Origin: Patellaria atrata CBS 101060
Lineage: Eukaryota
Assembly (NCBI GenBank): GCA_010093705.1
Contig: MU006089.1
Span: forward strand, 229,570-293,569
DNA length: 64,000 nt
Direction of reading: 5' to 3'
The position numbers and the translations under genes are program-made. Shown piece by piece: positions 33,580 through 46,085 of this stretch (position 1 is its first letter; the number at the start of each line of letters is the position of its first letter). The notes under the pieces are model-generated. The model saw only the letters and a list, made by a program, of their open reading frames with translations, made no database searches and was not told the origin of the DNA.

Positions 33580-33639
33580 TCTTATCGATAAGAGTTTATT
33601 TTCTGACCCTCCGCCCCCCGCCGCGACAGGAATTTTTCA
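33580..33639. promoter_or_regulatory. Palindrome TCTTATCGATAAGA plus RRPE-like AATTTTTCA in the COQ10/TRM140 divergent promoter
   Basis: 14-bp perfect palindrome at 33580-33593 (two inverted GATAAG sites) and AATTTTTCA at 33631-33639, upstream of a tRNA-modification gene. Confidence 0.5.
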
Positions 33640-33714
33640 ATTTTCAATACGATTCAGTATCTTCTTTATATTCCTAGATCTTTATGAGAAAAGACCATAG
33701 TCCCCCCATCCACA

Positions 33715-35004
33715 ATGCCCCCGACAGATGCATCCAAGGAACGTGCCCGCCGGCAGCAGCTCTCCAAGGGAATGGAGCATATGCGCTTCGCCGTGACCGT
33801 TGATCCCATCCGCAATCCCTCCACTCCGGACCTCCCTACTGAGACATATGGTGTCCCTCATAGCTTTGAACCTCCTAGAAAACCAGCAAATCGATTAGAT
33901 GATCCTTCAAACAATCAGAAAAGAACGGATCCTTTTCAATTCGGGTCACGTCTCCTCGAGGAGGGCGACGACATCTTCGAATTCAATGCATGGGATCACG
34001 TTGAAACGGACGATGCTTACAAGGAGTTCTCTCAGTTGCAATATCAGAAACAACGTGAATCTCCCGTCTCCGATTTCGAGAAACGCCGCATCAACTCAAA
34101 TCCGGAGAAGTTTTGGGACCTCTTTTATAAACAGAAAACGACAAACTTTTTTAAGAATCGGAAATGGCTAGCTCAAGAGTTTCCCATCATCTCGTCCCTC
34201 GTATCCTCCCCTGAGCCAACCTTAGTCCTCGAGGTCGGTGCGGGAGCAGGGAATACCGCCTTCCCAATTCTTGCGCTCAACCAAAATCCCAATTTCAAAA
34301 TACACGCTTGTGACTTTTCCAAGAAAGCCGTGGAACTGATTCGAGATAATGAAGCGTACGATGAGAGGTTTATAAGGGCAGATGTCTGGGACGTTACATC
34401 GGAAACTGAGACGCTTCCCCCGGGTATCAAGGCAAGCAGCGTAGACATTGTTATGATGATCTTCATATTCTCGGCGTTATCCCCCTCGCAGTGGGACCAA
34501 GCTATCCGAAATATACATAGTGCTCTAAAACCAGGAGGACAGGTACTCTTCAGGGACTATGGGCGCGGAGATCTTGCCCAAGTACGGTTCAAGAAGGGTC
34601 GATGGATGGAGGAGAATTTCTATGTCAGAGGCGACGGAACAAGAGTATATTTCTTTGAAAAGGATGAGTTGGAAGAAATATGGTCTGGTAAAAGGCATGA
34701 CCGGCTTGATGCCGAGACTTTGGCTGAAAATGTAGAGACGCTTAATATCGGTCTTGACGGGGAGAAAGCAACTGCAGAAGAGCCGTCACCCCAACTAACA
34801 AACCCCTCTAATCCCCGGCCCAAGTTTGAAATCGTCAATATTGGAGTTGATCGACGTATGCTGGTCAACCGTCAGCGAAAACTGAAAATGTATAGGTGCT
34901 GGATGCAAGCTGTATTCAGGAAATCGGATGACTCCCAACCGTCCGATGAACCCGGTCGAGAACCCAAGAAAGAGGTAATCGATGATACGAATAATATAGA
35001 ATAG
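33715..35004 (+). CDS. TRM140: tRNA m3C32 methyltransferase (Trm140/Abp140, METTL2/6 family)
   Basis: FQFGSRLL...FEFNAWDHV; FFKNRKWLAQEFP; SAM motif LEVGAGAGNT; FRDYGRGDLAQVRF; YVRGDGTRVYFF; VNRQRKLKMYRCW. Confidence 0.95.
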   Translation: MPPTDASKERARRQQLSKGMEHMRFAVTVDPIRNPSTPDLPTETYGVPHSFEPPRKPANRLDDPSNNQKRTDPFQFGSRLLEEGDDIFEFNAWDHVETDDAYKEFSQLQYQKQRESPVSDFEKRRINSNPEKFWDLFYKQKTTNFFKNRKWLAQEFPIISSLVSSPEPTLVLEVGAGAGNTAFPILALNQNPNFKIHACDFSKKAVELIRDNEAYDERFIRADVWDVTSETETLPPGIKASSVDIVMMIFIFSALSPSQWDQAIRNIHSALKPGGQVLFRDYGRGDLAQVRFKKGRWMEENFYVRGDGTRVYFFEKDELEEIWSGKRHDRLDAETLAENVETLNIGLDGEKATAEEPSPQLTNPSNPRPKFEIVNIGVDRRMLVNRQRKLKMYRCWMQAVFRKSDDSQPSDEPGREPKKEVIDDTNNIE

Positions 35005-36238
35005 GTAGAATCAAAGGGACATGACACCTGGATAAAGTGGTGAATATATGGAAACCCCCAAGGAGACCAGGCCAATTAGGTCAGGGACTACTAGAGTTCT
35101 GAAGGAAGCGTTTCAATAGGCATGATAGACCACACTGGATGTATTCGAAAGCCAGATTCCTCGAGGACTTCCGGAATTTATCTCTCTTCTTTTACCGTCA
35201 ATGACGTTGAACTCTCTCAGGGCCAAATCGGTTGCATACTATGAGGAGATGTTGTGCTCTGGCTGATATTGGACTCCAGCGGAACAGGTACTCGTACTGT
35301 TGTGTACGAGAAGGGTGATACGCCTTGAAGCGACGTCGAGAAATCGTTCACAAGTTGTCTTCCAATCAGGCCTCATACTCTCGGTATGGGCAAGGTGCTG
35401 AGACGCTCAGTTCCCTGGTATTGTGCAGTGTTTGATAGTGGCAGGCGTACTGATAAGCTGCAATTCATATGAGTAAAAAAGGACCTTACGACCAAGGGTG
35501 CTAATTGATTAACTAGCCATTCAAAGGGTGTACATCTTATAAGGACGTTGGTCTCACGTACTTATACTGCACGATATAATAGCTAGAAGTAGATAGATGC
35601 ATGCAGCGCAGCCGTACAAGTATTCGTCGCGTACATTACGGAGACAAACTCGAGGTGGTGGTCAACATACATTAGTTGGGCAGAAATATAATTTTGTGCC
35701 TTAGCCCTCTTTCTTGTCATGTCTTGAAATAGCAGTAAGGTGTGAGGGATAATAAGATGGGTTATAATCTACATAGCACGCCGATATAAGCACAGCTGCA
35801 CCATACCGAGCAGGTTACAGCTTGTTGCCGGTGAGTAGTGCTGAAAGTACTTTGTAGATCTATACAGTACATGTGCTTTAAACGATTGCTTTGCACAGGC
35901 TAAATGTTTCTTCTTTACTCCTGTGAGGTTTCGTAGATTTGTAGACTGAGATATGGGACGCGCAACTCTGTGGCTGATGTATTTTGAAGCTGAGAATAAA
36001 TTCGGTTGTAGGTATGAGGTGCAGGATACAGCTGCGGTTCCTGGATCTTTCTCTTTTGGCCTTGGTCGATCATTCAGGGACGCCAGATGCCAAAAATTGG
36101 GAAAGCCCGTTCCCGCCTCACATCCCGACGTCTTCATGACCTGGAGCACGCTTCACGGCTCATGTCGTTTATCCCCCGAACATAAACAAGAATGGAAATA
36201 CAGCCGGCCATTGTACTACTCCTCACCTTCCTATCACC

Positions 36239-37983
36239 ATGACAAGCTCCGACATATCCTCTCCTTCAAATGGATCTATAAGAAAAGCAAGTTACCCAAA
36301 CGTCCTCACCGTTACTCAACGCCGTCGCAAATCTTCCAATAGCAGCAAAACGTCCTTCTCCGATAGTAACGGGGCTATTACACCAACTTCCTCCCTAGCC
36401 GAGAAATTCGAGTCTACCGGTCTGGATATGAACTCTGCCCATCCCGCGCAGAATGGGAACAGCCCTCGTCCTCCTGGTCTGACCAGAAAAAGTTCATCGC
36501 CTCTCATGCCCGCATATATGGTCTCTGCGCCTGGAAAGGTCATAGTCTACGGAGAACATGCCGTCGTGCATGGAAAGGTCAAATAGCATATCTTTTACTG
36601 TACCTATATTCTGAATTAACAACAATGCAGGCCGCAATTGCCGCAGCTATCTCCCTTCGATCCTACCTCCTTGTGACGTTCCTCTCTAAATCTCGTCGCA
36701 CTGTCTCCCTCCGATTCCCAGACATCAACCTAGATCATACTTGGAATATAGATGATCTCCCATGGGCTGCCTTCTCTGATCCAACAAAGAAGAAGTACTA
36801 CTATGACCTCGTCACCTCCCTGGACGAGGATCTGGTGGAAGCGATTCAGCCCCATATTACTTGCGTATCTCCACACATTCCCGAGCAACAACGTAGAATA
36901 CATCAGAATTCCGCTGCTGCATTCCTATACCTGTTCCTTTCCCTTGGATCGCAAAAGTCACCTCCATGTGTATATACTCTTCGGTCTACAATTCCAATTG
37001 GCGCAGGTCTGGGGAGCAGCGCGACCATAGCCGTGTGCTTGAGCGCAGCCCTCCTTCTTCAGATTAGAGCGTTGAGTGGACCGCATACAGATCAACCACC
37101 GGATGAATCGGCTCTCCAGATCGAACGCATCAATCGTTGGGCGTTCGTGGGGGAAATGTGCATCCACGGAAATCCTAGCGGTGTCGACAATACTGTCTCC
37201 TCCGGGGGTAAAGCGGTCTACTTCAAGCGCGAGGACTACTCGAAACCCCCTATCGTCAAAGCCCTTCGTGATTTCCCCGAACTCCCTCTTCTCCTCGTGA
37301 ACACCCGCCAACAGCGCAGCACGGCCGTCGAGGTCGCCAAAGTAGGTGCCTTGAAGAAAGCCCACCCCCGCGTGGCGGAGCTCCTCCTCTCCGCCATCAA
37401 CGACGTGACAGAATCTGCGCACAGTCTCATATCCGCTGAGGATTTTGACCCGGATGATCCTGCAGCACTCAAGTATCTCGGTGAACTGATCACCATCAAT
37501 CACGGCCTCCTCGTTTCCCTCGGCGTGTCGCACCCGAAACTTGAACGCATCCGCGCGCTCATCGACCATGCTGGCATCGGGTACACCAAACTCACCGGCG
37601 CAGGCGGTGGCGGTTGTGCCATCACCATCCTCAAACCCGAGGCTATCGCGCACCCCACCGACACTACCAACGGACACCAGACCAATGGCGCCAACGGTCA
37701 TACCCCTAAAGGTAAAAGTCCCATTCTTCAAGACCTCGAGCGAAAGCTTGACGCCGAGGGTTTCGAGAAGTTCGAGACCACGTTAGCTGGAGATGGCGTA
37801 GGCGTCCTCTGGCCTGCCGTGCTGCAGAATGGTAGTGGCGAAGAGGGCGGCGAGGAAATCGATCAGGAGAAGTTCCTCAATGCCGAGGGCGACAAGGGGA
37901 TTGAGGCGTTAGTCGGGGTTGCCGTGTCCAGGAGGGAGGAGGAAGGCGAGGTCAGGGAGGGATGGAAGTTTTGGAGACCTTGA
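36239..37983 (+). CDS. ERG12: Mevalonate kinase; intron 36578-36630
   Basis: SAPGKVIVYGEHAVVHGK; GHMP motif PIGAGLGSSA; HGNPSGVDN; KLTGAGGGGC. Confidence 0.96.
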
Positions 37984-38400
37984 TATCCCCGTTTCTTCTC
38001 CTTTGTATGGTTCAAAATGCGTCCCATGGAAGGATAAGTTCTTGGGTATCAAAATGCGAATCGATTGTAAGATCAGTGCCCTTTCGCGATCTAGGATTCG
38101 GGAAGGAAGCGGAGGTAATATGTAATATCTTCGATTGTCTGTCATGTGTATATATATAGCTAGACTTTTCCCTTGTCCGTAGTATTCCGCGAGGGATCTA
38201 ATATTGAACTACTTCTTTTTTTTTTTTTCTTATAATACCTCGCCGTATCAGATTTTCCGACATGCATTGATTAAAGGAAATCATATCATATCATAGTATC
38301 ACAAGTATCTATCTCGTAACCTGAAGGGAAAGGAATAAACTACAAATCACCACCGCCGTTTCGCACACCTCATCGTTTCGCACTCGTAACCCACCTCCGC

Positions 38401-39630
38401 TTACCTGGTCACCGTAACGACACTCGTCGTTGTCGGGTTCGGATCCCCATTGACCAACCCCCTGCACGTCTCCCCGGGATACGGATACGGACAATGCTCT
38501 CCATTCCCATTCCCGATCACATTCGCCCTCCCCGTCGTCCTCGCTTCGCCCACATTGCCTAACGTAGTCGTCACAACGAGAGTGCGCAACACGATCGTAG
38601 TGACGGGTTCAACGACCCTCGGCTTCGGCTTCGGCTTCGGCTTGACGGATAGAGCCGGGGAGGGAGTGTCGGACCGGGGCTTGAGCGTGTGGGCTTTAAC
38701 GGTGGGGTTCCCGGAGCGACGGTATAGCGTCTCGAAGGTGGAGTGGGCCATGTTGAAGCGGACGGAGCGTTTGGGCTTGGCCGCGCCGCCGTCGAGGGAT
38801 TCGAAGGGTGTGCCTTCTGCGTCGCTTGGGGCGGGTGCGGATGCTGCGGGACTGGAAGCTGGAAGGGCGGAAGAAGCGGCAGGAGCGGACGCGGCTGGAG
38901 TAGATGCTGCGGGATCGCTTGGGCTGATGGTCGTGGTTCGAGTTGTTGTGGCTGTCACTACGATTAGGGGTGCTCCTGATCCTGCCGGAGCGCTGCTAGC
39001 TGGGGTAGATGCGCCGGGTTTGACGGTCGTGGTGATGGTCATTTTACGTGTAACAACGACGATGCTGCGAGATGGTGCTCCGCCACCAGCTGCGTCACCC
39101 CAGAACTTGGAAATCGTTTTAGCCGCCGGGTTAGATGGGGCGACACAGGCGTGGGTTGCAGGGGAAGATGAAGTTGGTTGGGCCGAAGAGGCTGCGGGAC
39201 CAGATGAAGCGGCAGGAGTACTTGATGCCACCGGTGCTGAAGAAGCTGCTGGTGCTTCTGAGGTAGAAGCAGGAACACCACCACCAAGGTTCTCGAATGG
39301 TGTGCCACTTCCTACGGCCGGAGGAGCATCTGTCGATGCCGTAGGTGATCCAGCTGTTATGGTCACAGTTACTGTGGATGGTGGTTGAGCCGCTGGATCT
39401 GGAGCTGGTGTACTAGTATTAATAGAAATTATTATGTTCATCGCCGGGCCTGCTGATAAAGCGTCGATTTCGGGAGCAATATCGACTGCGGCTACTCCCG
39501 ACGGTGAAGGAGCGTAAACTGTGGTTGGTAGGGTTTCTGTAGAAACAAGAATGTGAGCGTGTTCCTCATGAGCAGCCGCTTGCAGGAAGCTACTGGTCAA
39601 GGTGGCGAAGAAGAGAACTTGTGCAAGCAT
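38401..39630 (-). CDS. Secreted Ser/Thr/Ala/Pro-rich (mucin-like) protein with internal repeats
   Basis: Signal peptide MLAQVLFFATLTSSFLQAAA; repeated GTPFE(N/S)L(G/D)GG and (P/A)ASS(A/T)PA units; C-terminal HCPYPYPGETC. The 3' end is ambiguous. Confidence 0.8.
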   Translation of the reverse strand: MLAQVLFFATLTSSFLQAAAHEEHAHILVSTETLPTTVYAPSPSGVAAVDIAPEIDALSAGPAMNIIISINTSTPAPDPAAQPPSTVTVTITAGSPTASTDAPPAVGSGTPFENLGGGVPASTSEAPAASSAPVASSTPAASSGPAASSAQPTSSSPATHACVAPSNPAAKTISKFWGDAAGGGAPSRSIVVVTRKMTITTTVKPGASTPASSAPAGSGAPLIVVTATTTRTTTISPSDPAASTPAASAPAASSALPASSPAASAPAPSDAEGTPFESLDGGAAKPKRSVRFNMAHSTFETLYRRSGNPTVKAHTLKPRSDTPSPALSVKPKPKPKPRVVEPVTTIVLRTLVVTTTLGNVGEARTTGRANVIGNGNGEHCPYPYPGETCRGLVNGDPNPTTTSVVTVTR

Positions 39631-42488
39631 GGTGAAGCTTCGGATACTCGAATATTAAAAAATTGTATATCAATAAGAGAATGTGAATGTTTTGTAAAAT
39701 AGCTTGCAGAGAATTTCAAAGAGTTTCGGAGAGTTTGAGAAGTATGAAGGGAAGACGTAGTGACTATATGTGATATTGGAACTTTTCTTTCGTGATAGAG
39801 GTCAAAGGACCGCGTTCTTTGTTCATGGAGACCGTCCATTATCCACAACTATTTTGATATTTGTGTGACTGTCTTTGTTGGTAATCCGTTGTCCAAGGAA
39901 GGTCTTTGAATAATGGTAATCATATCCTTTGTTCAGTTTAAGACACTCGACGGCCTCGTGAGTATGCGGTGTTGGGGAGTGTCGTGACTACTAGATTTGA
40001 AGCGCAGTCGGTCCACAACGATCTGTGTGTGCGTAATTCCCTGTGCTGTAGCCTCACCGGCTACATACGGATTCCAGGAAGTGTTGAGAAGATTAGTCAA
40101 TATCTCATATTACAGTATCTGAAGCCAAGGCAACATGAGGTCAGTTCGAAAGCCATATCCTTATTTACGCAGGAATAGCCTTCGTCCAACGAATATTTAA
40201 GGCTGGAGCCCCTAGGTTAATCAATACCAGGGAAAAATTTCCTTGGTCCACGAGACATTATTGTTAAGATCGAGAATATCATGCGATGTTGATAATTCAA
40301 TTTTGTGGTCTTTTGCGGTTGACATTGGATTAAGTATGATTTTGAGTAGCAGGAGAACTGATCGTCATCCAATAAGGGGGGCCGTATTATGACTATTAGT
40401 CCCATTCATGTCCTTAACGTGTTTCTCTTTTCAACATTCTTATCTCTTTTTTCTCCAGCCGAATCTCTGACCTTGTATTCTAACGGAAAGATCCAAGACA
40501 TGTGATAGAATTCTGCAGAGGTTTCAACGATGCGTTCATTATCCTCCGACTATGGATATCGGCCAAATTCTCATGTAGAACCGACCGGTATCCGGTCAGT
40601 GGTGTGAAATACCAGTACCACATGCAATTGCAAGATTAATTCTTGATATTTCTGTCATACCTAACAGCAATGGTTTACTATTGTGGAAAATCGAAAAGAA
40701 ATGTTAACATCCTTAATTGAAAGAGCTAAAGGCAATGAAGAGAAAAAGTGACTTGTTTGCACTGCATTGAAGGTATCCAATATCTTCATGGTGGACTGTA
40801 GATATGACTGATATTTAGGCAACAATTTATCCTTGAAGAGACGGATCAATGAACTTTGACCACTCTTATCTCCTTGGTGTTGTATCCTTCCAACAGACGT
40901 ACAAAGCAAATGTAGAACATAGCCTACCCACTATCATATTCCTCATTGATCATTCAGGAGTCCTCTAGGAAATCTCTCGGGAATAGAACTGGTCCGCGGA
41001 CGGGTCTTGTGGTGATAAGGATAAGGATGATAAGGCATAGAGGTATTGATGTTTGACAGAAGCGCAGGCGATCATGGACATTTTGTCCTACCAGGTCAAA
41101 GTGACCGACTTCAAGAGAGCACAATCCAAATGAGCTTGTGACATGGAACGGCTTCCCCGCAGCCCTGGTGCTAGCATTTTTGAAGAAGTCGTACACGATG
41201 TTATCTAGACTTCCACTCCATTCTCATGGTCCTCATGCTTTAGCAGTCGAACAACCTATCTGATTTCGCCATGTTTGGTTTCGAGGCGGCAGAAGAATTG
41301 TTGGGATACCACACGCATATGCACGCTGTTTTCGACCTATCCGTACACTGCAGCGCATGTTTTTCCAGGTAACGTAACAAGACGTAGCTGTCGAATGAGA
41401 GAAAGAAAAGTTGAACTGATCTCATGTTTAATAACCCCTAGAAAGGATACAGAGGATCATGTGAGGTTCGGAAGCAGAGCGGCAATGTGAAGGATGAAGC
41501 CGCCCCTTGGACCCTGCTGCTAGAGCTGCCTGTTTGGATTAGTACCTGGTGTACGTTGCTTGCTGCCGCATGTTGAATCTTGACTGGGCAGACCCAACGA
41601 TGGGAGTGCAAACAAAACCATTCATTCGCTACTAGAAGAGAAGTAAAGCACACAAAGGGTGGAAGGGTGTAAGGGTATATATGGGGGGTGTTTTGATGGG
41701 TCGTTGGGGACGGTAAGCCGGTAGAACTACTTCAGGTGAAATCACTCATGAGAAAAAAGGTTAATATGTAAAAAGGATTCGAAAAGATGTAAGACCGAGA
41801 TGAGACGAACCTCGATCGATTGGTCTGAGTTAGGCGAAGAGCATTGTGAGAATGAATCGATGAGGATTTGCAGGAAAAGTTATAGCACATATGTAAACTG
41901 GTCGTCACAATTGAGTATCCGACGTCCGTACTCGGTACCATGAGGACATTCTCAAGGTTTATGATGCTATAAGATGATGTTATACAAAGAAAATAGTAAC
42001 AATTGTTTCAAAGAGAGGCTAAAGGTCATACCGGTTGATTAGTCAATATTTGCCTTCAGAAACAGAAGTGTTCCATAAGGTACGTAGCCATGTCATATGT
42101 TCCGTCACGCGCAGGGAGCAGAAGCGGTCAGTCAGCAGGGACGGGAGGCGATGGAAATTCCCAACTGACTGCCTATGTATTCACCTGTCATTACGTAGAT
42201 CCATTTACTTGGTACCTAGATGAAGCTATCGGATCGAGTATTGTATCCTTTAATCAACCCTCCTGTAGTCTGTAGGATGATTTACTGCTAGATAGTAAGG
42301 ATACTGTACAAGGGAAGGTTTTAAATACAGCCTTTAGGGGTCCCTTGAAAGCTCAAGGTCCGTTATCGAATTCGTTATCGTCCGCCAAGATCTCCTCTGC
42401 GCGCGAGACCTCCACACTGATGTCTCTCAAGCTCCTCTGGAGTCATTCTCGCTCACCATCACATCCTCAATAGCCCGCAGCCCCTTCA

Positions 42489-42490
<2 letters not shown>

Positions 42491-42521
<31 letters not shown>
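42491..42521 (+). repeat. (CT)n microsatellite in the pyrimidine-rich region upstream of ATG1
   Basis: ctctctctctttctctctctctctctctctc. Confidence 0.9.
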
Positions 42522-42522
<1 letters not shown>

Positions 42523-42887
42523 GACACGACCTCTTACTCCTCTTCACCTCCCCAATACTTCCCCTTCTTAATTTTTCGTTCCGTTCTCCTTCATCTCTTA
42601 CTGTGTATTTTCTTCGCGTCACTCCTGTTATACTTAAACTTCAACCTACTCATTCTCGGACAGCCCTGCAGGTACAGCTTGCTAGACGGAGCTTCCTGCG
42701 CCTTCATTCGTTGAGTCTAGATCCACCGCAGCCTACCATATTGCAGCCTTGTCTACATCTCAACCTGTCTGCCATACAAGTCCAACACCGCTTTCCATCC
42801 TAATCTTAGACCCTCCGACTCTCACTCAACCTTGACCGACTCGAAGCTACAACACGAACTTTCCAATCCTCATATTCAAAGGTGCTC

Positions 42888-42935
42888 ATGTACAACGACT
42901 TGACGGCTTCCCTATATCCGCAGCTGCGCTGGTAG
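42888..42935 (+). promoter_or_regulatory. Candidate uORF (MYNDLTASLYPQLRW*) in the ATG1 5' leader
   Basis: The only ATG seen between the CT tract and the ATG1 start. It stops 67 nt before the main ATG. Confidence 0.45.
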
Positions 42936-43002
42936 CTGAATCGTTTTCGTTACCTTTCCAAAGGATCATATCCTCGATCACAAAGTCTTTAACATCTCTG
43001 TC

Positions 43003-46000
43003 ATGGCAGGCCGTATACCCTCATCCTCGAGCTCGAGGCGAGTTCCAACACCACAAGATGATAAGATCGTGATGATAGGACAGTTCCGGAAACTAGAAGA
43101 GATTGGTAAGGGCAGCTTTGCGATGGTCTACCGAGGCATACATGTGGTAAGTTAGGATAAACTGGCGGTGAATATAAGACTATCGGAGTTATTAGCTGAC
43201 ATTATGCTTTTAGAAACACCGGTCCTTGGTTGCTATCAAATCCGTCCACTTGGCCAAGTTGAACAAAAAGTTGAAAGAGAATCTTCTGTCGGAGATCAAA
43301 ATATTGAAGAGTCTACATCATCCACATATAGTAGCTCTCATCGATTGTCAGGAATCAACACAGTATATGCATCTGGTCATGGAGTTCTGCGAGTTAGGAG
43401 ATCTATCAACATTCATCAAGAAAAGAAACTCGCTCGGAGAACATGAGGCAACAGCTGACATGATACGGAAGTACCCCAATCCTGCTGTCGGTGGACTGAA
43501 CGAAGTCGTCGTAAGACACTTCCTGAAGCAAATGGCTAGTGCCCTCCGGTTTCTACGAGCCAGAAACTTCGTACATCGTGATATCAAGCCACAGAACTTG
43601 TTGCTCAATCCTTCGCCTCGTTTCTGGGCGAAGACCAGACCTGAAATGATGCCTCTTGCAGTCGACGAAAATTCATTGGTACCTGCGGCCGGCCTCGAAT
43701 CTCTGCCTATGCTCAAGATAGCGGACTTTGGTTTTGCTCGTTTTCTACCGCAAACGTCTCTCGCTGAAACCCTATGTGGCTCCCCATTGTACATGGCCCC
43801 TGAAATTCTAAGGTATGAAAAGTATGGCGCAGGAGCAGATTTGTGGTCTGTTGGCACAGTTCTTCATGAGATGATGGTTTCGAAGCCTCCGTTCAGGGCG
43901 AACAACCACGTAGAGCTACTTCGAAAGATCGAAAAACAAGATGACAGAATCAAGTTTCCCGAAGGGTGCGAATTGAGCCGTGAAATGAAGACACTTATCC
44001 GAGCTCTACTCAAGAAGTCGCCCACCGAAAGGATGAGTTATGAGGACTTCTTTGCAAGTCCAGTGATTAGCGATGACATTCCCGGGCTAGTAGAAGACGA
44101 TTTACCTGCAGAACCCGAACCAGAAACTCCAGCATTGAGCCGTCGGATGGAAAAGCAGCCATCACGATCCTCAAATAAGTCTAGAGAGCAGTCAGAGTAC
44201 CAGCAACAAGACAGCAACATCTATTCAATATCACCAAGAGATGGTGGTACTTCCCCGAAAGTGCCCATGTCACGAACTAGTTCTACTGACCAGCGTTCCG
44301 CAACATCTTCCCGACCTCCTTCGTCCAACCGTCGCTATAGTCATGTGCCAGCCCCTACGAGCGAACAGCAGTATGTATCTGTTCGGGAGAGACGTCCTTC
44401 AATGATTAGCCATGCAACTGCTCCAGCGCGTCAAATCCATGATCGTGTCCCTACAACTACTGCTGCCCTTAGGGAGCGGAGGGATAGCCGGCCATCTCCT
44501 ACCCAAAGCCCACTTCCCACTGATTACTACGATAGGGATCGGACAAGCCAGAGGAGGGCGGAAGAAAGAGAGCTCAGAGAAACACGGGAAAGAGCTGCAC
44601 AGGATGTCGCCTTCGAAAGGGACTATGTACTTGTAGAAAAGCGTCAAGTCGAGGTAAATGCTTTGGCAGACGAGTTAGCCGCGAGTCCACAGTTGCACAG
44701 TAACTCTAGGGATCATTCTTCATCGCCTCAGTACGGCGGGATCGTTCGCCGACCTACGACGCAGGGTGCACCTTCCTCCACAACCGGAGCGACTTCCAAC
44801 CCATCTCGTGCAATTTCAATTAGCCGACCACGTGAAGCAATGCACCAACGAACAAACTCTTATGAACGTCGTTATGGACCCAATGCCAGTTCTGCAACAT
44901 CTGCCATTTCCAAAGCTCTCAACATGGCCAATTTCAGATTGTTTGGTTACGGCTTATCACCGCCTTCAGGGAAAGGTCCATCGCCCCCTCAAGGGTATGG
45001 AGCCTATCCCTCATATCCTACAGCGCAAGGAAGCTTAGTAGTCATTGCTGATGGCAGAACCCCCGAGTCTCGAGATCAGGATACGAAAGTCCTTGTTTTG
45101 ATAGAAGAACTGGCGTCTCGGAGTGACGTGGTGTACGGATTCGCTGAAGTCAAATATAAGCAGCTTCTGCCTGCTACTCCCGCGAACGATCGAGGTTTAG
45201 GCATCGGCCCCGTGGGAGATGTCGAGAATCCGGACGATGATGATTTAACTATCGATGCAGTCGTGATAATATCTGAAGAAGCTCTGGTCCTTTATGTCAA
45301 AGCACTCTCAATCCTAGCCAGAGGTATGGATCTTGCTGCCGACTGGTGGGATCAGAAGAATAGAGGAGAGATCATTTCCGAACACACCTCACCACGGTCA
45401 GGATCCCCAAGGTCGAATGTGGGTGCTGTCGGTGCGCGTATGAACAATGTTGTTCAATGGGTTAGAGAGCGCTTCAACGAGTGCGTGCAGAAATCGGACT
45501 TTGTGAGCCAAAAACTCGTCGATGCCCAAAAACGTCTGCCTCTTGATCATCCTGGACACCCAAGTAACCACCATTCTGCATCTACTTCTGCAACGAGCAT
45601 TGGAACTTCTGCCGAAAACATCATTCTCACCACTGGAATCACGGCTGAAAAACTTATGTATGACCGAGCAGTAGAAATGAGCCGCTCAGCTGCCGTCAGT
45701 GAGCTAGTCGGCGATAATTTCGTTGACTGTGAGATTAATTACTGCACTGCGATACGCATGCTTGAAGCTATTCTGGAAAGCGATGAAGGACCGTCTTCGC
45801 GTAGATCTAGTATAACAAAGGTGAACGAGGAACTGATCAACGGTTTAGAAACAGAAGACAGACAAACTGTTATTAAGCGTAGGTTCTCTCCCTCTACTTT
45901 GGATTATTAATATATTGACGGGATCAGTCGTCGAGAGCATCAAAGGTCGCCTAAAAGCCTTACGAAAGAAGATCGAGATTCAGAAAGCCAATAAACGATC

Positions 46001-46085
46001 CTCCATCACAGGCATGCCAGGCGGCGTTCCGAGCAGATTGTCGCCGTCTGCTACGCCGTTAACTGGAGTGACGCCTCCTCGATGA
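43003..46085 (+). CDS. ATG1: Autophagy Ser/Thr kinase Atg1; introns 43147-43213 and 45879-45927
   Basis: [37 protein letters not shown]...[37 protein letters not shown]-terminal MIT-like region ([19 protein letters not shown]). Confidence 0.97.

Noticed and set aside
33715..35004. Programmed +1 frameshift as in S. cerevisiae ABP140
   Set aside because: The gene is one continuous ORF here, so no frameshift is needed.
35005..36238. Possible degraded gene between TRM140 and ERG12 (scattered splice-like signals, short ORFs)
   Set aside because: No coherent exon chain or recognisable protein motif could be assembled.
36958..37731. 257-aa minus-strand ORF (and similar antisense ORFs over FMO, ATG1 and the MFS gene)
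   Set aside because: These lie entirely opposite well-supported genes with biased codon usage.
38450..39388. 312-aa plus-strand ORF
   Set aside because: It is an antisense shadow of the low-complexity GC-rich secreted protein gene and has no ATG start.
22891..46085. Functional clustering of proteostasis genes (IRE1, CCT2, ATG1) or isoprenoid/quinone genes (COQ10, ERG12)
   Set aside because: They are interspersed with unrelated housekeeping genes and no shared regulatory motif was seen, so chance neighbourhood is sufficient.
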